A stretch of DNA of 49,997 bases from Nitrospinota bacterium (lineage in GTDB: Bacteria > UBA8248), in the NCBI GenBank assembly GCA_030754595.1, contig JASLZZ010000102.1, forward strand, positions 1-49,997. The letters run 5' to 3'. Below, piece by piece: positions 8,348 through 19,065 of the stretch (position 1 is its first letter; the number at the start of each line of letters is the position of its first letter). Both the position numbers and the translations under genes were made by a program. The notes beneath the pieces are model-generated. The model was given only the letters and a program-made list of their open reading frames with translations. It did no database searches and was not told the DNA's origin.

Positions 8348-9955
8348 TCAATCAAAAACCGTCTCCATGTAATGAGTGGCGTCCACTACGGCCTCTATTA
8401 CGGTCGGGCCGTTCGCTTCGAGAGCCTTTCGGACTTCCGTTTCGAGCGCTCCGGGCTCACGTACGCCAACGGCGGGCACCCCGAAGTAGTGAGCGGGCGC
8501 CTCGCGGTATTCCTCTTCTTGAAGTTCAGTCCCATAGTATTCGAGGCTCTGTCGCTCTTGTTTTACTTTGATGAGGCCAAGCCATCTGTCGTCGAGGACG
8601 ATGACGGGTAGGGTGAGCCCCATCCGTTTCGCCGCGATTAACTCGCCGCAGGTCATCGTGAAGCACCCGTCGCCGAGGATGGTGACCACGGGGAGTTCCG
8701 GCCGCGCTATTTTCGCCGCGATCCCGGCGGGGAGCCCGAAGCCCATTGAGGACCACCCGTTAGTGACGAGGAATGTGCGTGGAGCATGTGCCTTCCACTG
8801 GCCCGCGATCTGATGGGTGTGCGCACCCACGTCAAAAGACAAGACACCTTCCTTCGGTAAAATGGATCGCACCACATCGATGACCTGATGGGGAGTGAAA
8901 CTCTCGGAGGCCGGGCGGAGGGCTTTTTCGAACCGGTCCTTGTGGTTCTGGATAATTTCGGACGGCCACTCATTCGAGACGCTATCCAGATCGTTCATGT
9001 GCTCAAGGGCGGAGTCCAGGTCACCCACGACCTCGTGGGCGATGTTGACGGTGGCGTCGGTGTCCGCTTGTTCTATGTCCACATGGATCAAGGGCGCGTC
9101 ACCGATCCATGCCTCGTACTCCACTTCGATTACGTCGTAACCCAGGCCGATGACGAGGTCCGCTTCGCGGATGAAGCTGCGCAGGAACTGCCGCCGGGCG
9201 CGCTCGATACAACCGATGGACAGGGGATGATTTTCGTCGATCAGCCCCTTGGCCATCGTGGTCGTGGCGAAGGGGATTTGGCGCTTTTCGATAAAGGCGA
9301 GAAGGGCTCCCGTGTCCTGGATTCGCATTGCCGTCGAGCCGAGGACGGCGACAGGCCGCTTGGCTTCGGAAAGCAACCGGTCGAATTTTTCTATCTCTAA
9401 GTCAGGTGCGGGGTCCAGCCTGCCTCCCGCGGGTGTCGCGGGTGCTTCCTCACTCGCCGCGGCCCGCATCACGTCCTCGGGAAGGTCCAGGTGGACCGGG
9501 CCCATCGGCTCGCTAAGGGCTATCCGAAGGGCTTCCTCAAGGGTGGATGCGATGCTCCCCTCCCGCAGCGCCAGGCTCGCCTTGGTGATGGGCTTAAAGA
9601 GCGCGTGATGGTCGATTATCATCTGGATGCGGCGGCCGAGTTGATCGGTGTTGAGATTACATGTGATCGCGATCATGGGAGAGCGGTCGAGATAAGCGCA
9701 GCCAACCCCGGTGGCGAGATTCGTCGCTCCCGGCCCCAGTGTCGAGATGCCGAGGCCAGGTTTTCCGGTCATGCGGCCCATGACGTCGGCGGCAAAGCCC
9801 GCCGAGCCCTCGTGGGCGGTCAGGACGAACTGAACCCCGCCCCTCCGCATTGCGTCCATGAAAGGAATCACATTTCCGCTCGGGATTCCAAACCCGTGGG
9901 TAACTCCAGCGTCCTTGAGAATTTCGACGATCAGATCGGCATTGTTTTTCGGCAT
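8348..9955 (-). CDS. Thiamine diphosphate-dependent enzyme (acetolactate synthase large-subunit family)
   Basis: FGIPSG, HEGSAGFAA, GPGATN, GPVHLDLPED, SMGFGLP and GDG motifs. Confidence 0.9.
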   Translation of the reverse strand: MPKNNADLIVEILKDAGVTHGFGIPSGNVIPFMDAMRRGGVQFVLTAHEGSAGFAADVMGRMTGKPGLGISTLGPGATNLATGVGCAYLDRSPMIAITCNLNTDQLGRRIQMIIDHHALFKPITKASLALREGSIASTLEEALRIALSEPMGPVHLDLPEDVMRAAASEEAPATPAGGRLDPAPDLEIEKFDRLLSEAKRPVAVLGSTAMRIQDTGALLAFIEKRQIPFATTTMAKGLIDENHPLSIGCIERARRQFLRSFIREADLVIGLGYDVIEVEYEAWIGDAPLIHVDIEQADTDATVNIAHEVVGDLDSALEHMNDLDSVSNEWPSEIIQNHKDRFEKALRPASESFTPHQVIDVVRSILPKEGVLSFDVGAHTHQIAGQWKAHAPRTFLVTNGWSSMGFGLPAGIAAKIARPELPVVTILGDGCFTMTCGELIAAKRMGLTLPVIVLDDRWLGLIKVKQERQSLEYYGTELQEEEYREAPAHYFGVPAVGVREPGALETEVRKALEANGPTVIEAVVDATHYMETVFD

Positions 9956-9976
9956 CGACAAGCTCCAGTCGCCCGC

Positions 9977-11020
9977 TCAGGGCGCTCGATAAATGTTCAG
10001 AAGGTCCTTGTATAGAGCGGCGGCCGCCCCGAGGGGGTCGCTTTTTCCGCCCGAGACTGTAATGCGGTCCATCGTATCGGTGGTGTAGGTGATTCCTTTT
10101 TCGGAGCCATCGACGCTGGCGAGTGGATGGTCGGCCGAAAGATGGGTGGGCGCGACGGAGGCGCGCACCTCACCCCGTTCGTCCATCGAGGCGCGTCCCA
10201 CCAGCCGGATGATCTTTCCTTTCGCGGCCGTACGGCGAACCTCGTCGGCCGAAACGCCGGTGATCCCGGTTCTGTCTACCTGTTCGGGCAAAAGGTCGGC
10301 GCCCATCGCCACGTTGGCGATTAGGGCCAGTTTGTTGGCGGTGTCGAACCCATCGACATCGAGGGTGGGGTTTGTTTCGGCGATGCCGAGACGCTGGGCC
10401 TCGGCCAGGGAGTCGTCATAGCTCATGCTGTCGGTCCGCATCCGGGAAAGAATGAAATTCGAGGTTCCGTTCAGGATGCCCTCGATGGAATGAATTTCGG
10501 CCCCCGCCAGACAGGTCTGGGCGACGTCCAGTGTCGGGAGGGCCGCCGCCGCCGCAGCCGAAAGTTTGATTTCGACCCCCTTTGAGCCGGCAAGATTTTT
10601 TAGGCATTGGTAGTTTCGGATAAAGGGGCCTTTGTTGGCGCTGACGACGTGCCACCCGCGCTCGAGCGCCAACCGGATATGGGTGAGGGCGGGTTCTCCC
10701 GTTTGAATGTCCGTTGGCGTTGTTTCGACGAGGACATTTGTCCGCGCCGCTTCGCGGACGATGTCGGCGCCCTCCCACTCCGGCTTGCCCTCCTCCGGGT
10801 AATCACCCAGGCTCCCGTGTGTCTCGAAGTATTCGGCGAGAGCGGACGGCGGTATCCCGCTTTCGCTCAATACGCTTCCCTTGAGTTCGCCCACTCCCGC
10901 GAGTTCAATCTCGATCCCATGCCGATCTGCGGCCATCCGGCGCTTGGAGTCCAAAAGCCGGGCGAAGTTCCGTCCTACCTTTCCGAATCCGCATATCACC
11001 ACCCGAACGCGCTTGGTCAC
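9977..11020 (-). CDS. hom: Homoserine dehydrogenase (short form, no ACT domain)
   Basis: GFGKVG, HVVSANKGP, GILNGTSNFIL, AETNPTLDVDGFDTANKL. Confidence 0.88.
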   Translation of the reverse strand: MTKRVRVVICGFGKVGRNFARLLDSKRRMAADRHGIEIELAGVGELKGSVLSESGIPPSALAEYFETHGSLGDYPEEGKPEWEGADIVREAARTNVLVETTPTDIQTGEPALTHIRLALERGWHVVSANKGPFIRNYQCLKNLAGSKGVEIKLSAAAAAALPTLDVAQTCLAGAEIHSIEGILNGTSNFILSRMRTDSMSYDDSLAEAQRLGIAETNPTLDVDGFDTANKLALIANVAMGADLLPEQVDRTGITGVSADEVRRTAAKGKIIRLVGRASMDERGEVRASVAPTHLSADHPLASVDGSEKGITYTTDTMDRITVSGGKSDPLGAAAALYKDLLNIYRAP

Positions 11021-11261
11021 ATCAATCGCCTTGATTCGATGGATGGGGAGGCCGATGGTGACCCTTCCCCGAATTGAGCCTTACTCTCATGCCATGTACC
11101 GGTAGGGTGGTCAAGGAAAGGGCCGCCCCGGGACTCCTCCTACCCCCTACGCACTCCTTGCGCTTTGGGTCTTACTGTGGATGATCGAGGGACAGTGCCT
11201 GATGTAATGGAATCTTCCCGCTCTCCGGTTTTTGGCTAGAGAAGTATTTGAGGAGCTTTTG

Positions 11262-12227
11262 ATGTCAAAATTGGAATTATATGCGGCGTTTGGCGATTAT
11301 GATCGCACCGGAGGGCTCGCGGCCGGCCGCGTCAGTCCCGGTGATATCGATTTGCGGACGGAGACGCTTCCTCCCACCGAGATATTCACCCGGATGTGCA
11401 AGGATCTGGAATTCGACCTCTCGGAGATGTCGATGGGAGCCCACTGCTATTTGTTGGGCACGGGAGACAGCCCTTTCGTGGGGATGCCCGCGTTTCCCAG
11501 CAAGGTTTTCCGGCATTCGATGGTCTATGCCAACACCGCGGCGGGGGTCGATAAGCCAGAGGATTTGAACGGAAAGCGGGTGGCTATCCGGGAGTGGGGG
11601 ATGACCGCTGTCGTTTGGATTGTCGGCATCCTCGCCGAGGAATACGGCCTCGACGTAAACTCAATCGACTGGGTGGCGGCCATTGACCCCCGGGTTCCGA
11701 TCCGGATGCCCGAGGGGGCTCGGGTGCGCAACATGGAGCCGGGCCAGACCATCTCGAGCATGCTCGATTCCGGCGAGGTGGACGGCGCGCTGATTCACCA
11801 GGTGCCCGAATGCTTCAGGGCCGGGTCACCCCGTGTGAAACGTCTTTTTCCGGACTACGGGGCCGCCGAAATCGAATATTACCGCCGCACCGGAATTCAC
11901 CCCATCATGCACTGCGTTGTCCTTCGCAAGGACGTTTACGAGCGCGACCCGTGGGCTCTTCGAAGCGTCTACGATGCGATGTGCGAAGCAAAGGACAGGA
12001 CGCTCGAGCGAATTTCCGACGTCGGCGCCCTATCGGCGATGGTGCCCCTTCTTCCCGCCGTCTTGGATCAGACCCGCGAGGTGTTTGGTCAGGATTTTTG
12101 GCCCTACGGCATTGAGGCAAACCGAAAAACCCTTGAAAAACTTGTTTTATATGCCTATCAGCAGGGCCTCACGCCCCGGCTATTCGAGGTCGAGGAACTC
12201 TTCGGGGAGAGCGTCCGGGACGTGTAA
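11262..12227 (+). CDS. 4,5-dihydroxyphthalate decarboxylase-like protein (PBP fold)
   Basis: GDYDRT, FDLSEMS, FRHS, PEDLNGKRV, TGIHPIMH, DFWPYGIEANR motifs; GAGGAG RBS. Confidence 0.8.
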   Translation: MSKLELYAAFGDYDRTGGLAAGRVSPGDIDLRTETLPPTEIFTRMCKDLEFDLSEMSMGAHCYLLGTGDSPFVGMPAFPSKVFRHSMVYANTAAGVDKPEDLNGKRVAIREWGMTAVVWIVGILAEEYGLDVNSIDWVAAIDPRVPIRMPEGARVRNMEPGQTISSMLDSGEVDGALIHQVPECFRAGSPRVKRLFPDYGAAEIEYYRRTGIHPIMHCVVLRKDVYERDPWALRSVYDAMCEAKDRTLERISDVGALSAMVPLLPAVLDQTREVFGQDFWPYGIEANRKTLEKLVLYAYQQGLTPRLFEVEELFGESVRDV

Positions 12228-12268
12228 CCGCTAGTCGACCGCACAACCGCCCATCGCCAAGAGGCGCC

Positions 12269-15200
12269 ATGAGCCCTGAGCCGCTCAAACGCTTGGTAGC
12301 AGCGCCATTTCACCATCTCGAAGCCTACCTGCCCCGCCTTCTCGAGGAGTTCGCGGAGGGAGATCGCCTCAGGGCGCGGCGGGTGGTGGTGATATCAAAC
12401 CACCTGCGGGATCATCTCCAGGTTCTTCTGGCGAGTGGACGCTCTCTGGCCGGGGTGTCGGTGCTCACCCTCGGTGAATTGATCCGCGAGGTCCCCCGAG
12501 GGCGGCTGCTGCGCAATTATCCGAATCCCTTGCCTCCCCTCGGGGGGGCGGCGCTGGCCGAGCGGGCGCTGGCCGAGTCGACGATGGAGCTGGGTCCGCT
12601 GCGGCCGCCCGAGGGCGCGCTCGGCTACGGCGATGCCGCCTTTGAAACCTGGAAAGACCTCGAAGAAGCCCTCATTTCCGCCAAGGATCTCCTGGGTTGC
12701 GCGAAGCGCCTCTCTCAGGCCAATCCGGCCCGCGCCGCCCGGTTGAAGGCCCTCGCCCGGCTCGCCGCCGCCCTCGAGGAGGGTTTTGGGCGCCACGGCT
12801 TCCATAGCGAGGCCGGGCTCCTCCGGAGCGCCTGCGAGGCGGTCGAAGCCGCGCCTCCCCGAATCCCCACCATCTTTTACGGTTTTGCCGACATGAACGC
12901 CCTCCAGCGGCGGTTTGCCCTCGCCCTTTGCCGTGCGGCCCCGGCCGCCGCCCTTGTTCCCGCCGAGAGAGGCGCGCCGGCCTGCGAATTCGCCCGCCCA
13001 TTCCTCGGCTGGCTCGAAGCTAGGGGGTTCACTCCCGAGGCTGCCGCCCGGGTTATCGAGGAGCGTCCACTCGGCCGCCGCCCGCTAGGAGAACTGTGCC
13101 GCCGGCTTTTTTCCTCCGAAAATTCCTCCCCTCCGGGGGGTGGCGCGCCCCCGCCGGACGCTAGCGCCCTCCGGGTCGTCTCCGCTCCCTCCGCAAGCCG
13201 GGAGGCCTTCGAGCTTTGCCGGGAATTTCTCCACGCCGATGCACCAGTTGATGGCGGCGAGGGCCGGATCGGTGTCCTCCCGCCCGGCGATGAGCCCTAC
13301 ACCCCCCTGTTCCGGGAGGTGTTCCGGGGGATCGGTCTTCCCGCCGAAGCCGAGGACAACGGCCACCGCGCGGCCACCCGCGCCGGGCGGCTCTTCCTCC
13401 TCATGCTCTCGCTTGGAGAGCGCGGCTACCCCCGGCGCGAGGTTATCCGCTTTCTGGACGAAGGCCGCTTTTCGGAGTCGAAAATTTTCAGGGTGGAAAT
13501 CAGCGCCGAAGAAGGCGACGCCTTCCTCGAAGGCTTCGCCTCCCTCTGCTCGAAGTGGGAAATCCTCACACGGCGGCTTGCCTACATCTCGGGCGCGGAC
13601 GAATGGCGCACCGCCCTCGCCAGCGGGGTCTTCCGGAAAACCCTCAAGGACGGCGGGGCTCGCTTGGGCGAGCCACTATTGGCGGACCTTCTCGAGAAAA
13701 CGCTTGAGCGCCTTTTCGCCCTTTTGGGCGGCCTCCCGGAGCGCGCGCTTCCCTCGGCCCACGCCGCCGCCGCGATGGGTGCTTTTGGGTCCCTCACCGC
13801 GCTGCCCGGGTTGGGCGAAAAAGAACTTGAATCCATCGCGGACCTCGGAGGGCTCGACCCCATCCTGGGCGAAATCGACGCCGCCGCTTTTCGCCGGTGG
13901 TCGCGGGCCGCCCTCGAAAATAAAACGGTCCCCGCTCCGAATGAGGGCGGGAGGGTGCGTCTCCTGAGCCTTCAGCATGCGCGCGGCCTCTCGTTCGATA
14001 CCGTGGTCATCCCCGGAATGGCGGAAGGAGCGTTCCCCGCTCGGGGGGCGGAGGATCCGCTGCTGCCCGATTATCTCCGCGCGGAAATTAACGAAATCCT
14101 GTCCGCCGATGGGGAGATGGCCCGCCTTCCGCTCAAGGCCTCCCGCTCCGGGGAGGATCGGTTTTTATTCTGGACCGCCCTCCAGGCGGCCCGGCGGAGG
14201 GTCATCCTGGGCTACCCCCGAGGAGTTAATGGCGCCGGCGAAGGCGCCGAGCGCCCGCCCGGCCTTTTTCTCGAATACATCGCCGACGCCTGCGCGCCGG
14301 GCGAGGGGGACGCCGAAACCAGGCTGCGCTCCTTCCCTGGCTACCGCGACGCCCCGACCGCGCTTGAGCCCGCCGTCATCGGGGAGCGCCCCCTGAGCCT
14401 TCTCGAATACGATTTCGCCCGGTTGATGAAGCGGAACGGGAAACAACCCGGCCGGGGAACGCTTTCCGATTTCCCGGAGATAAAAAGGGGTTTCAATAGA
14501 CGAATCGGGGCCTGGCGGGAGCGCTGGATAAGAGACGCCCTCACGCCGTTTGACGGGGTGTTGACCGCTCCCGATCTGATCGGGCGAATCAGGGGACGCC
14601 TGGACCCCGAAAAAAATCATGTCGCCGTCACAGCTCTCGAAAGATTTTTTGAATGCCCCTACCGGTTCGCGCTCTCCCGGCTGTTCGATTTGGGGGCCGA
14701 GCGCGAGCCCGAGCTTGCCCTCGAGGCCGCCCCTGACGCCCGCGGCAGGCTGTACCACAGCGCTCTCCAGCGGTTCGCCGAGCGGGTCGGGGAGACCGGC
14801 GGAGGTTTCGGCGAGCTTTCGGAGACGAGGCGGGGCGAGTTGATCGAGGCGGCGGTCGCCGAGGCCTGCCGCGAGTTCGAGGCCGACGATCGGCCCCCCC
14901 TCCCGGTTCCGTGGGGCATTCTTCGGCGATCCGTCGAGAACGATCTGAACCGGTTTTTCGAGATAAACTACAGCGGGTCTCTCGAGTGGGCCCCGGTGGA
15001 AACCGAGGGGTGGATCGGCGGGGAAAGATCGCCCCGCTTCGCCCTCGCCGAGGGCGGTGAAAAAGTTCATCTGATCGGCCGCTTTGACCTGATGGAGCGG
15101 AGCCGAAACCGGCGCCGGTTCATCGACTACAAAACCGGCCGGGCAAATATCCCCAAAAAGGGAGCTCCGTCCCTCGCGGGCGGCGCGCGCCTTCAGCCGG

Positions 15201-15541
15201 ACCTCTATGCACACTGCGCCGGGGATCGTTTCGGGGCGGATACGCGGGTGAGCGCCGCCTACGCCTTCCCCACCGAGCGCGGTGAGTACCGGCTGGCGGA
15301 GATACCCCCGAAGGCGATCGAGGAGCGCCGGGGAGAGGTGAGCGCCCTTCTGGGTTTTTACGTGCGGGCGGTGGGGCGGGGTCATTTCTTTCCAACCCCG
15401 TTCCCGAGTTTTCCAGGGGGGACCTGCGGCTACTGCGAGTTCACCGCCGTCTGCGGCCCCGACCGTGCGGCCCGGGCGGCCCGGAAGTCGGGCAGCGATC
15501 CCCGGGCGGAGCTCGACGCGCTCCGGGAGAGGACCAAATGA
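12269..15541 (+). CDS. addB: AddB-like inactive helicase / PD-(D/E)XK nuclease subunit with Fe-S cysteines
   Basis: ARGLSFDTVVIPGMAEGAFP, ECPYRF, GRFDLME...IDYKTG, LQPDLY, CGYCEFTAVC; overlaps the addA start (ATGA). Confidence 0.8.
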   Translation: MSPEPLKRLVAAPFHHLEAYLPRLLEEFAEGDRLRARRVVVISNHLRDHLQVLLASGRSLAGVSVLTLGELIREVPRGRLLRNYPNPLPPLGGAALAERALAESTMELGPLRPPEGALGYGDAAFETWKDLEEALISAKDLLGCAKRLSQANPARAARLKALARLAAALEEGFGRHGFHSEAGLLRSACEAVEAAPPRIPTIFYGFADMNALQRRFALALCRAAPAAALVPAERGAPACEFARPFLGWLEARGFTPEAAARVIEERPLGRRPLGELCRRLFSSENSSPPGGGAPPPDASALRVVSAPSASREAFELCREFLHADAPVDGGEGRIGVLPPGDEPYTPLFREVFRGIGLPAEAEDNGHRAATRAGRLFLLMLSLGERGYPRREVIRFLDEGRFSESKIFRVEISAEEGDAFLEGFASLCSKWEILTRRLAYISGADEWRTALASGVFRKTLKDGGARLGEPLLADLLEKTLERLFALLGGLPERALPSAHAAAAMGAFGSLTALPGLGEKELESIADLGGLDPILGEIDAAAFRRWSRAALENKTVPAPNEGGRVRLLSLQHARGLSFDTVVIPGMAEGAFPARGAEDPLLPDYLRAEINEILSADGEMARLPLKASRSGEDRFLFWTALQAARRRVILGYPRGVNGAGEGAERPPGLFLEYIADACAPGEGDAETRLRSFPGYRDAPTALEPAVIGERPLSLLEYDFARLMKRNGKQPGRGTLSDFPEIKRGFNRRIGAWRERWIRDALTPFDGVLTAPDLIGRIRGRLDPEKNHVAVTALERFFECPYRFALSRLFDLGAEREPELALEAAPDARGRLYHSALQRFAERVGETGGGFGELSETRRGELIEAAVAEACREFEADDRPPLPVPWGILRRSVENDLNRFFEINYSGSLEWAPVETEGWIGGERSPRFALAEGGEKVHLIGRFDLMERSRNRRRFIDYKTGRANIPKKGAPSLAGGARLQPDLYAHCAGDRFGADTRVSAAYAFPTERGEYRLAEIPPKAIEERRGEVSALLGFYVRAVGRGHFFPTPFPSFPGGTCGYCEFTAVCGPDRAARAARKSGSDPRAELDALRERTK

Positions 15542-18500
15542 GGCGCGAGGCGAGAGATCAACGCGAGCGCGATCTGGCGGTTCGCTGGGTAGATGGCCCG
15601 GTGCTCGTCGAGGCGGGCGCGGGAACGGGAAAGACCGAGTTGATGGTGGATCGCGTCCTTCACCTCGTCCGGAGCGGGGTAGCCCCCATCGAGGGGATTG
15701 TGGCCATCACATTCACGATCAAGGCTGCCGCCGAGCTTCGCGGGAGAATCCGGGCGGCGCTGGCCAAGGGAGTCAACGATCCGGACGGACCGGGCCGGGC
15801 GGGCGGGGAGGACGACGCCGGGGACGCCGACGCCGGGCGGGCCCGGCTCCGCGAGGCGCTCGATAATATCGACCGGGCGCCGATCTCGACGATTCACAGC
15901 TTCGCCCTGCGCCTGCTTCAGGGGCGGCCCATCGAGGCGGGGCTCCGGCCCGGAGCGGGGGACGTGGACCCCGCCGCGTTCGAAGATTTAAGGGATCGGG
16001 TCTGGACGGAATGGCTCAGGGATCGCCTTGTCGAGAGAGACCCGGCGGCCGAGTTGTTCCTGGAGCTTGGTTTCACCGGAAAAAATCTGGAAAGCGTTCG
16101 TGACGCTTTACTGGATTTCCCCGAGCTGCGCGGGGGATTTCTTCGTTCCGGGAACCGGATGACCGAAGAAATACTGAAAGAAATCCGGGGCGCTTTTGAG
16201 AGGTGGCGGGATATCGCCGATGCGAATTGCCTGGACACTTTGGACAGGGCTTATGCGCAACTTGATGACATATCGGGTTGGGTGGACGGTCTTCCCGCCT
16301 CCTCGGTGGGCGATTTGATGGAAGCGCTCTGGAGCCCGGCGGTTCCGCTCGACAAAAGGGTGGGCGGCGCCAAGGCATGGGGCGGGCGCGAGTGTCTTCG
16401 GGCGTTCAGGGAGGGGTACGGCGAATTTCTCGAAACGGCGCGTTCTATTGCGGGCCATGATGTGCTCGCCGGTGTGGCGGCATCCCTATCCAAGTTCGCC
16501 GATATCCTCGCCGCCAGGGCGCGGGAGGAGGGGATACTCAATTTCGCGGGGATTCTCGATCACGCCGCCCGGCTGGTCCGGGGGAACGGTGAGGTCCGCG
16601 CCCACTTCCGCGAGCGCTTCCGTCATTTTCTGGTGGACGAATTTCAGGACACCGACCCGCTCCAGGCCGAGTTGATCTTCCGGCTCGCGGGCAGAGACGG
16701 GGGCGAGGAGGATTGGCGAAAGATCGGGCTCCCCGGCGGCGGGGTTTTTGTCGTGGGCGACCCCAAACAGTCCATCTACAGGTTCCGGCGGGCGGACATC
16801 GCCATCTATCACAGCGTGAAAAAACTGATCGAGGGAGCGCCCGAGGGGAAGGTCATTCATATCACCGAGAATTTCAGGAGCGTCCCCGGCGTCATCGAGT
16901 GGGTGAATGAAATTTTCGGGCGGCTCATCAGGGAGCGGGGATCGATTCAGCCCGGCTACGAAAAGCTTGTCGCCCACCGCGAGGAAAAGGGGCCGCGAGT
17001 CCGTCTTCTCGCTTGCTTAGAGGATGAGAAAAAGAAGAGCGCCGCGGAATTGCGGCGGATGGAGGCGGCCCGCGCCGCGAATGAGATCAAAAAACTGGTG
17101 GATGAAAAGGTTTTGGTTCATCCCAAAGGTGGTGAACACCCCCGGCCCGTTCGCTACGGAGATATTGTCCTGCTCTCCCGGACGCGGGTGGCGTTTCATG
17201 ATTTCGAGGAGGCGCTCGGCCGCCTGGGTATTCCGGCGGCTCCCGACGGAGGAAGCGGGTATTACGCGGCCATCGAGGTGGCGGCGGCGGGGGCGGTGCT
17301 CTGGGCGGTTGTGCACCCCGGCGACCCGCTGGCGATGGCGGCCGCGCTACGCTCCCCGCTCTACGGTTTTTCGGATGTGGACCTCGCGAGATGGCTGCTC
17401 TACGGCGAGGACGAAAAAGACCTTCCCGAATATCCGGCGGACATGGACGCGGCGGCGGCGGAGATTCGGGCGATGCACGATGAGCGCGGGCAGATGAGCG
17501 CCCGCGCCCTCTTGGCGGAGATTTTCGAGCGGACGCAGGCCTTCGAGCTTTTTCTCTCCTCTTTTAATAGTGAGCGGCGGGCGGCCAACCTGCTCAAGCT
17601 CCTCGACATCGCGTTTGAGTTTGAGGGCGGCGGTGCACGCGGGGTGGACGAGTTCGCGGTTCACTTGAGCCGCCAGCTTGCCCTCGGGGCGGAGGCCAAG
17701 GAACCCGAGGAGGCGGCGGCGGGGGACGGGGAGCGGGTCCGGATGATGACGATTCACGGCTCCAAGGGCCTTGAGTTTCCGGTGGTGATCCTGTCGGACC
17801 TGGGGAGCGCCCTCCGGGCGGACGAGATGACCCGGATCGCGGACAGGGAGAGCGGCCGGGTTCACCTCAAAATCGGGCCGAGCGGGCGGGCGCTGACCTC
17901 GGTCGGCTACGCCGGAGCTAGGGCGGGCGAGGCGGAGATTCATGAGGCGGAGCGGAGGCGGCTGCTCTATGTCGCGGCGACGCGGGCGCGGGATTGGCTC
18001 GTTTTGTCATCGGCGGCGGCGAAGAAGGGCAATCTCTGGGAAATTCTGGAAGCGGGCGGAATCGGAGAAATGGGGACAAACGGAGAGGACCCCGGGCTGA
18101 TGGTGGAGGATGAAGCCGGGAGCGCGGAGGAAATCTCCGAGCCCGAGGCGATTCGCCTGCCCGAGAATGCCTTCGAGGGAGGCGAGGCCGAGATTCAGGC
18201 GGCCCGCCGGAGGCGGGAGGATGCAAGAGAGAGACTGGGGCGCCTTCTTGCGCCGGGGGAGAGGGTTCGGCCGCTGAGCCCGAGCGCCCTGCCGGAGATT
18301 GCCAGGGCCGGGGCCGGGGAGGCGATAGAAGACGATGAGGGAGGGGCCGGGCGCTACGGGATATCCGACCTCGAGGCGGGGGGAGAGCCGGGCGGGCGGG
18401 AGTTTGGAGCTCTGGTCCACGCCCTCCTGGCCCGGATGGAAAGCTACGGAGAGGCGGCGGCGGATCCCCTGGCGGAGCCGGCGCGTGAGCTGGCGCGCGA

Positions 18501-18954
18501 ATTGAAACTCGATGAAAAAGAGGCGGAAGCGGCGCTCAAAATGATTCGCGGGGCGATGGGGATGGAAATTTTCCGCCGCGCGGAAGCGGCGGAGCGAAGC
18601 TGGCGCGAGTTGCCGGTGTTGATGATCGAGGGGGGGCGCCTCCTCCGGGGGGTGGCCGATCTGGTGTTCGAGGAGGCGGGCGGGCTCATCGTCGTGGATT
18701 TCAAGACCGATGCCGTTGCGGCGGGCGAAACCCAAAAGCGGGCCGAACACTACCGCCCGCAGGGGACGGCATACGCCATGGCCCTCGAGGGGGCGGCGGG
18801 CCTGCCCGTGAGAGAGGTGGTTTTCGCTTTCTTGAGAGCCGGCGAGGCGGGCCAGCCTCCTTCGGGGCTGGTCACCTTCGGGGTTGATGAGCGCGCGCGC
18901 GAGGTGGTCAGGACCGCTTTGGTCGGGGCCGCCGCCAAGGCCGAGGCGGATTAG
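15538..18954 (+). CDS. addA: AddA-like UvrD-family helicase with C-terminal nuclease
   Basis: EAGAGTGKT Walker A, VDEFQDT, VGDPKQSIYRFR, NFRS, MTIHGSKGLEF, YVAATRA, GVADL...DFKT. Confidence 0.88.
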   Translation: MRREARDQRERDLAVRWVDGPVLVEAGAGTGKTELMVDRVLHLVRSGVAPIEGIVAITFTIKAAAELRGRIRAALAKGVNDPDGPGRAGGEDDAGDADAGRARLREALDNIDRAPISTIHSFALRLLQGRPIEAGLRPGAGDVDPAAFEDLRDRVWTEWLRDRLVERDPAAELFLELGFTGKNLESVRDALLDFPELRGGFLRSGNRMTEEILKEIRGAFERWRDIADANCLDTLDRAYAQLDDISGWVDGLPASSVGDLMEALWSPAVPLDKRVGGAKAWGGRECLRAFREGYGEFLETARSIAGHDVLAGVAASLSKFADILAARAREEGILNFAGILDHAARLVRGNGEVRAHFRERFRHFLVDEFQDTDPLQAELIFRLAGRDGGEEDWRKIGLPGGGVFVVGDPKQSIYRFRRADIAIYHSVKKLIEGAPEGKVIHITENFRSVPGVIEWVNEIFGRLIRERGSIQPGYEKLVAHREEKGPRVRLLACLEDEKKKSAAELRRMEAARAANEIKKLVDEKVLVHPKGGEHPRPVRYGDIVLLSRTRVAFHDFEEALGRLGIPAAPDGGSGYYAAIEVAAAGAVLWAVVHPGDPLAMAAALRSPLYGFSDVDLARWLLYGEDEKDLPEYPADMDAAAAEIRAMHDERGQMSARALLAEIFERTQAFELFLSSFNSERRAANLLKLLDIAFEFEGGGARGVDEFAVHLSRQLALGAEAKEPEEAAAGDGERVRMMTIHGSKGLEFPVVILSDLGSALRADEMTRIADRESGRVHLKIGPSGRALTSVGYAGARAGEAEIHEAERRRLLYVAATRARDWLVLSSAAAKKGNLWEILEAGGIGEMGTNGEDPGLMVEDEAGSAEEISEPEAIRLPENAFEGGEAEIQAARRRREDARERLGRLLAPGERVRPLSPSALPEIARAGAGEAIEDDEGGAGRYGISDLEAGGEPGGREFGALVHALLARMESYGEAAADPLAEPARELARELKLDEKEAEAALKMIRGAMGMEIFRRAEAAERSWRELPVLMIEGGRLLRGVADLVFEEAGGLIVVDFKTDAVAAGETQKRAEHYRPQGTAYAMALEGAAGLPVREVVFAFLRAGEAGQPPSGLVTFGVDERAREVVRTALVGAAAKAEAD

Positions 18955-19065
18955 CGGGTAGGGGGCCGGAGGCGGCCACCCATGGGCCGGAGGCAGCCAC
19001 CCGGAGACGGCCCGCCCCGCCTCTGATAGGATAAGTGAATCAATCTCTTGCGGGAAGACAGCCGG

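Noticed and set aside
12269..18954. Large helicase-nuclease pair as a novel defence system, or the Fe-S nuclease as Cas4
   Set aside because: Motifs, sizes and gene order fit housekeeping AddBA recombination enzymes.
18963..19002. Two copies of gggccggaggc(g/a)gccaccc
   Set aside because: Short two-copy intergenic duplication with no supportable function.
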